Origin: Azolla caroliniana
Taxonomy: Eukaryota; Plantae; Polypodiophyta
DNA: 64,000 nt
Assembly: GCA_043228905.1 (NCBI GenBank)
Contig: JBHGNT010000020.1
Span: forward strand, 186,001 to 250,000
Reading direction: 5' to 3'
In this document: positions 62,280 through 64,000 of the stretch, piece after piece
Position numbering within the stretch: the stretch's first letter is position 1
Layout of the letters: the number at the start of each line of letters is the position of its first letter
Notes under the pieces: generated by a model
Database searches by the model: none
What the model saw: only the letters and a program-made list of their open reading frames with translations
What the model was told of the DNA's origin: nothing
Translations under genes and position numbers: made by a program

Positions 62280-64000
62280 GTTTTCAAATCAACATTCATA
62301 ACTTGCTCCTTTAAAGATCAAGAGTACACTAATATATACTAATAAAAAGGCCATCAATCAAACCTAATTTTCAATATCTTGTTCCTTTTGCATTATTACC
62401 CCAATTAATGATGCCACATGTCAATTGGAAATACCACCCTGTATCAAGCTTCATCTGATCTTTCATGTCTTCCTTGAGAGTTGAGACACCATAAAAACAA
62501 AAAGTCATCAAACAAGGCTCAAACCTATGTCCTTATAACTTAACATTATGATGATGTAAAGGATTCTATGATCATGATATTAAGGATAGCTCTAGATAAT
62601 GTCGTGCACACATCTGACCTGTGTTGCAAAAAAAAAAAAAAAAAAAAACAATGTGTCACACATGCAAGATGACACATGAATACGCAACATGTGGATCTAT
62701 TTGAACTTGAATGGTGTAATCTAGGGCATTGATTGAATGTGTCAATCTCTATAAATTGAAGCTTCACACTCTCATCAAATCATACCAGTTCAACCTCTAG
62801 TCAATGGCCCTCTATGCATCAACTTTTACTTCATCATCTGTCATCTTCTTGTAATATCATCTTTTATTAAATGTATCTATTCTTTGATTCCTTGAGTATA
62901 ATTTTGGCTTATTTAACTGCAATTAACATTATCTTATTGTCATTATTGATTTGGTTCATGAGAGTGTTCACTATTTACTTCAATCCCATCTATTGCAACA
63001 TTTTCCCAATATTCATCAATGGTGGTGCACATAGCGATAGAGTTGACCAAAATCACCCACATCTTAGGAAGGTTTGACACAACATCTCCATTTCATCAAG
63101 TGTGTCATAAAATGAGACTAAATGGTCCCTCTTATGTTTTTGTCTTTTTCAAGTATATCATTGTTCTTTTAGATTTCTTCTGTGTCATATCCTTTGTTTT
63201 TCTCTCACTTTAAGCTAATTCAACTCACACAATCCATCTGTAGAAAAACAAAACTTTTTATAAATGAGACAACAAAACTTTAAGCTTATTACAGATTTTG
63301 ATGTAGCCTAGACTATTGTTGTCCCACTCCCTAACAATCTACATTAAAAATCCTCCCTCTTCCTGCCTTTGATGTTGTAAACTGGTTCCTATTTCTTCCA
63401 TGGTTTAGTCGGGTAGTCAAGAACTGGAATGATATTTTCCCATTGTGGCGTTGACCCATGCATAAGCCAACCCACTATCAAACAATCTTGTCTTCATTCA
63501 AACCATTGTGATGTCGAGTCTTGGGCAAAGAAGTGTTGTTCCATCTCAATCCGCCATTATTCAATTGTACACATTCAAGGAAACTTTGTGCAGCTCCATC
63601 AATGGCTCTTGTGGTTCTCCTTATCTTTAACTACATCTAAAGTTACAAGGAACTTTCAAGCGTAATGGCAATCCTTATCGCGCCATTTTTTCTTGAACTA
63701 CATTTATTGGTATCATTGCAAACATTATGCTTAACTTAAAAGCATTTCTTTGTGCATAATAAAAGGACTTTCAAAAAAGCTTCCAAATTGCATTCTAGTG
63801 TTGCACCATTTTGAAATTGTGTCTTTTGCAAACATATCCTCAACTACCTTGGTTGGCATATGTGCCTCACATATTGTTGTTTATGCACAAATGGTTGTTG
63901 TGCCCTATGGTTTAAGTTCATATACTAAAACCCTTCCATACATTAAGATCCATACATAAAGACCTATGCTCTCAATCCACAATCCATTGTCTAAGCACAT

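Noticed and set aside
62285-64000. Host gene or DNA-transposon remnant in the AT-rich flank (also 13744-14300 and 30127-30720)
   Set aside because: Only short stop-ridden frames; a faint SWIM/MULE-like impression on the minus strand could not be supported without a translated search.

Overview
This 64 kb window is eukaryotic, probably non-seed land plant, repeat-rich DNA with no recognisable host gene. It consists almost entirely of nested retrotransposons, most with readable LTRs, primer-binding sites (PBS), polypurine tracts (PPT) and target-site duplications (TSD). The left half holds a copia element whose 5' LTR is split by an APE/RT LINE; that LINE carries a young Tcn1/Tf1-type chromovirus (2839-8525) and a solo LTR (10268-11169). 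Degenerate gypsy and copia pieces follow, including a tRNA-Trp-primed gypsy family with 4-bp TSDs. The right half is one copia element (30726-62279) containing a second chromovirus (53988-59800), a solo LTR and a large Arg-primed gypsy with an extra 3' ORF (30737-52007); that gypsy holds two more copia elements. The most striking unexplained signal is a set of about 14 tRNA-like Pol III A-box/B-box cassettes at fixed positions in the LTRs of two unrelated Ty3/gypsy lineages. Other notable signals are heat-shock-element arrays, self-priming and a conserved -1 frameshift pseudoknot in the chromoviruses, and a 5' LTR inversion that looks like a frozen self-priming product. The Trp-primed family also appears to prefer CG-centred target sites. 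Lineage names come from motifs read by eye, not from database searches.
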